Positions 62,862 through 64,000 of a stretch of DNA of 64,000 bases are shown here, one piece after another. Origin of the DNA: Sphingopyxis sp. (GTDB lineage: Bacteria > Pseudomonadota > Alphaproteobacteria > Sphingomonadales > Sphingomonadaceae). The notes under the pieces are model-generated. The model saw only the letters and a program-made list of their open reading frames with translations, did no database searches and had not been told where the DNA came from. The stretch spans positions 55,880-119,879 of the forward strand of contig NZ_JAKFEM010000042.1 in the NCBI RefSeq assembly GCF_036675685.1, in the 5' to 3' direction. Position 1 is the stretch's first letter. Every line of letters begins with the position of its first letter. The position numbers and the translations under genes were made by a program.

Positions 62862-64000
62862 ATGAACTGGTTCCGTAAACCCGACACACCCGATCCCGCA
62901 CTCGCCGCGATGCCGGGCGAATCCTTTGCCGATGCGCCGGCGCCTGTCGTTCCCGAAACGCGCCGGCGCAAATGGCTGCGCCGGGTTTCGCGCGGCCTCA
63001 CTATCTTTTTCCTGACCTTCGTCCTGATCGTCGGCTGGCTGGCGATCACCGCGCCGCTGTCGAAATCGCTCGAACCGATTGCACCGCCGCAGATCACCCT
63101 GCTCGCGTCCGACGGCACGCCGATCGCGCGGATCGGCGCGATCGTCGATACGCCGGTGAAGGCGAAGGAGCTGCCGAAGCATGTGACCGGCGCCTTCCTC
63201 GCGATCGAGGACCGGCGTTTCTACAGCCACTGGGGCGTCGATCCGCGCAGCGTCGCGCGTGCGGTGTGGAGCAATTTGACCGGTGGGCGCACGCAAGGCG
63301 GCAGCACGATCACCCAGCAGCTCGCTAAATTCACCTTCCTCACCCCCAAACGCACGCTCGGGCGCAAGGCGCGCGAGGCGCTGATCGCCTTCTGGCTCGA
63401 GGCGTGGCTGACCAAGGACGAGATCCTCGAACGCTATCTCTCGAACGCCTATTTCGGCGACAATACCTATGGCCTGCGCGCCGCGTCGCTACACTATTTC
63501 TACCGCCAGCCCGAGAAGCTGACTCCGGCGCAGGCGGCGATGCTCGCCGGGCTGGTGCAGGCGCCCTCGCGCCTCGCGCCGACGCGCAATCCCGACCTTG
63601 CCGAAAAGCGGATGCGGCTGGTGGTCAATGCGATGGTCGACACGGGGTATCTGACCGAGCGTGAGGCCAAGACCATCCGCACCCCGCGCATCGACGTCCG
63701 CACACGCAACACGCTGCCTACCGGCACCTATTTTGCCGACTGGGCGCTGCCCGAGGCGCGAAAATTGAGCGACGTCGGCTATTCGCGCCAGACGATCACC
63801 ACGACGCTCGACGCGCGATTACAGGCGGTGGCGCGGCGCGTCACCGGTCGCGCCGGGCTCGGCAAGGCGCAGGTCGCGCTCGTCGCGATGCGCCCCGACG
63901 GCGAAGTCGTCGCGATGATCGGGGGCAAGGACTATGCGGCCTCGCCCTTCAACCGCGCGACGCAGGCGCGGCGGCAACCGGGTTCGACCTTCAAGCTGTT
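62862..64000 (+). CDS. Class A penicillin-binding protein (PBP1A-type), N-terminal part; runs off the window
   Basis: My own translation from ATG 62862. It has a TM anchor (GLTIFFLTFVLIVGWLAI) and GT51 glycosyltransferase motifs (AFLAIEDRRFYSHWGVD, GGSTITQQLAK, RKAREALIAFWLE). The transpeptidase domain begins with ...RQPGSTFK. It is open at the window edge, so it is not in the ORF track. Confidence 0.9.
   Translation, partial: MNWFRKPDTPDPALAAMPGESFADAPAPVVPETRRRKWLRRVSRGLTIFFLTFVLIVGWLAITAPLSKSLEPIAPPQITLLASDGTPIARIGAIVDTPVKAKELPKHVTGAFLAIEDRRFYSHWGVDPRSVARAVWSNLTGGRTQGGSTITQQLAKFTFLTPKRTLGRKAREALIAFWLEAWLTKDEILERYLSNAYFGDNTYGLRAASLHYFYRQPEKLTPAQAAMLAGLVQAPSRLAPTRNPDLAEKRMRLVVNAMVDTGYLTEREAKTIRTPRIDVRTRNTLPTGTYFADWALPEARKLSDVGYSRQTITTTLDARLQAVARRVTGRAGLGKAQVALVAMRPDGEVVAMIGGKDYAASPFNRATQARRQPGSTFKL

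Noticed and set aside
1-64000. A window-wide look for CRISPR repeats, tRNA/rRNA genes, transposases, integrases, phage genes, toxin-antitoxin pairs and known defence-system genes.
   Set aside because: I saw none. The only repeats are the REP-like pair (54329-54406), the duplicated 13-nt stop/RBS junction in the kdp leader, and the shared 25-bp promoter motif.

Overview
This is a GC-rich chromosomal segment with strong third-position GC bias. The gene content looks alphaproteobacterial, most like a sphingomonad: TonB-dependent receptors embedded in catabolic loci, a TorF-type porin, a SciP/DUF1153-like regulator and a GTCATCCCGGCGAAGGCCGGGATC palindromic repeat. That taxonomic placement is inference only. 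I make 49 protein-coding calls (two truncated by the window edges) and one decayed pseudogene, plus several hairpins and operator-like sites. I found no tRNA, rRNA, CRISPR array, transposase, integrase or phage genes.

The window falls into five blocks:
- **Block 1 (1-2585):** a LysR regulator and a secreted D-aminoacylase.
- **Block 2 (2734-24984):** a large TonB-dependent alpha-mannoside utilisation locus. It has four GH92 paralogs, GH125, GH2, GH43, a TBDR, a ROK repressor, an MFS sugar porter, a phosphomannose isomerase and a ROK hexokinase.
- **Block 3 (25005-31292):** a visibly more AT-rich miscellany. It holds GNAT, an acyl-CoA dehydrogenase, LysR, an Lpp-like lipoprotein next to an L,D-transpeptidase-like gene, Ogt, a frameshifted class A acid phosphatase remnant, a SciP-like gene and one unknown.
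- **Block 4 (31366-46949):** a czcCBA-type heavy-metal RND operon and a kdp operon. The czc operon sits behind a MerR-type operator with no MerR gene nearby and a small His/Cys-rich protein. The kdpFABCDE operon appears to be extended upstream by a TorF-family porin and an unannotated 27-codon hydrophobic ORF.
- **Block 5 (46980-62792):** a cluster that looks dedicated to scavenging D-amino-acid-containing (peptidoglycan-type) peptides. It has a second TBDR, two S12 serine hydrolases, two M19 dipeptidases, DgcA/DgcN-like genes, a D-aminoacylase, a YkvI-like permease and an XRE-cupin regulator. Two of its promoters share a near-identical 25-bp motif. It is flanked by a Cys/Thr-type hydroxyproline dehydratase with RidA, and by a PBP1A gene.

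The best candidates for something not yet described are the TBDR-centred D-peptide locus with its shared operator, the porin-micropeptide extension of kdp, and the Lpp-like/L,D-transpeptidase pair. All family assignments come from motif recognition by eye, not from database searches.
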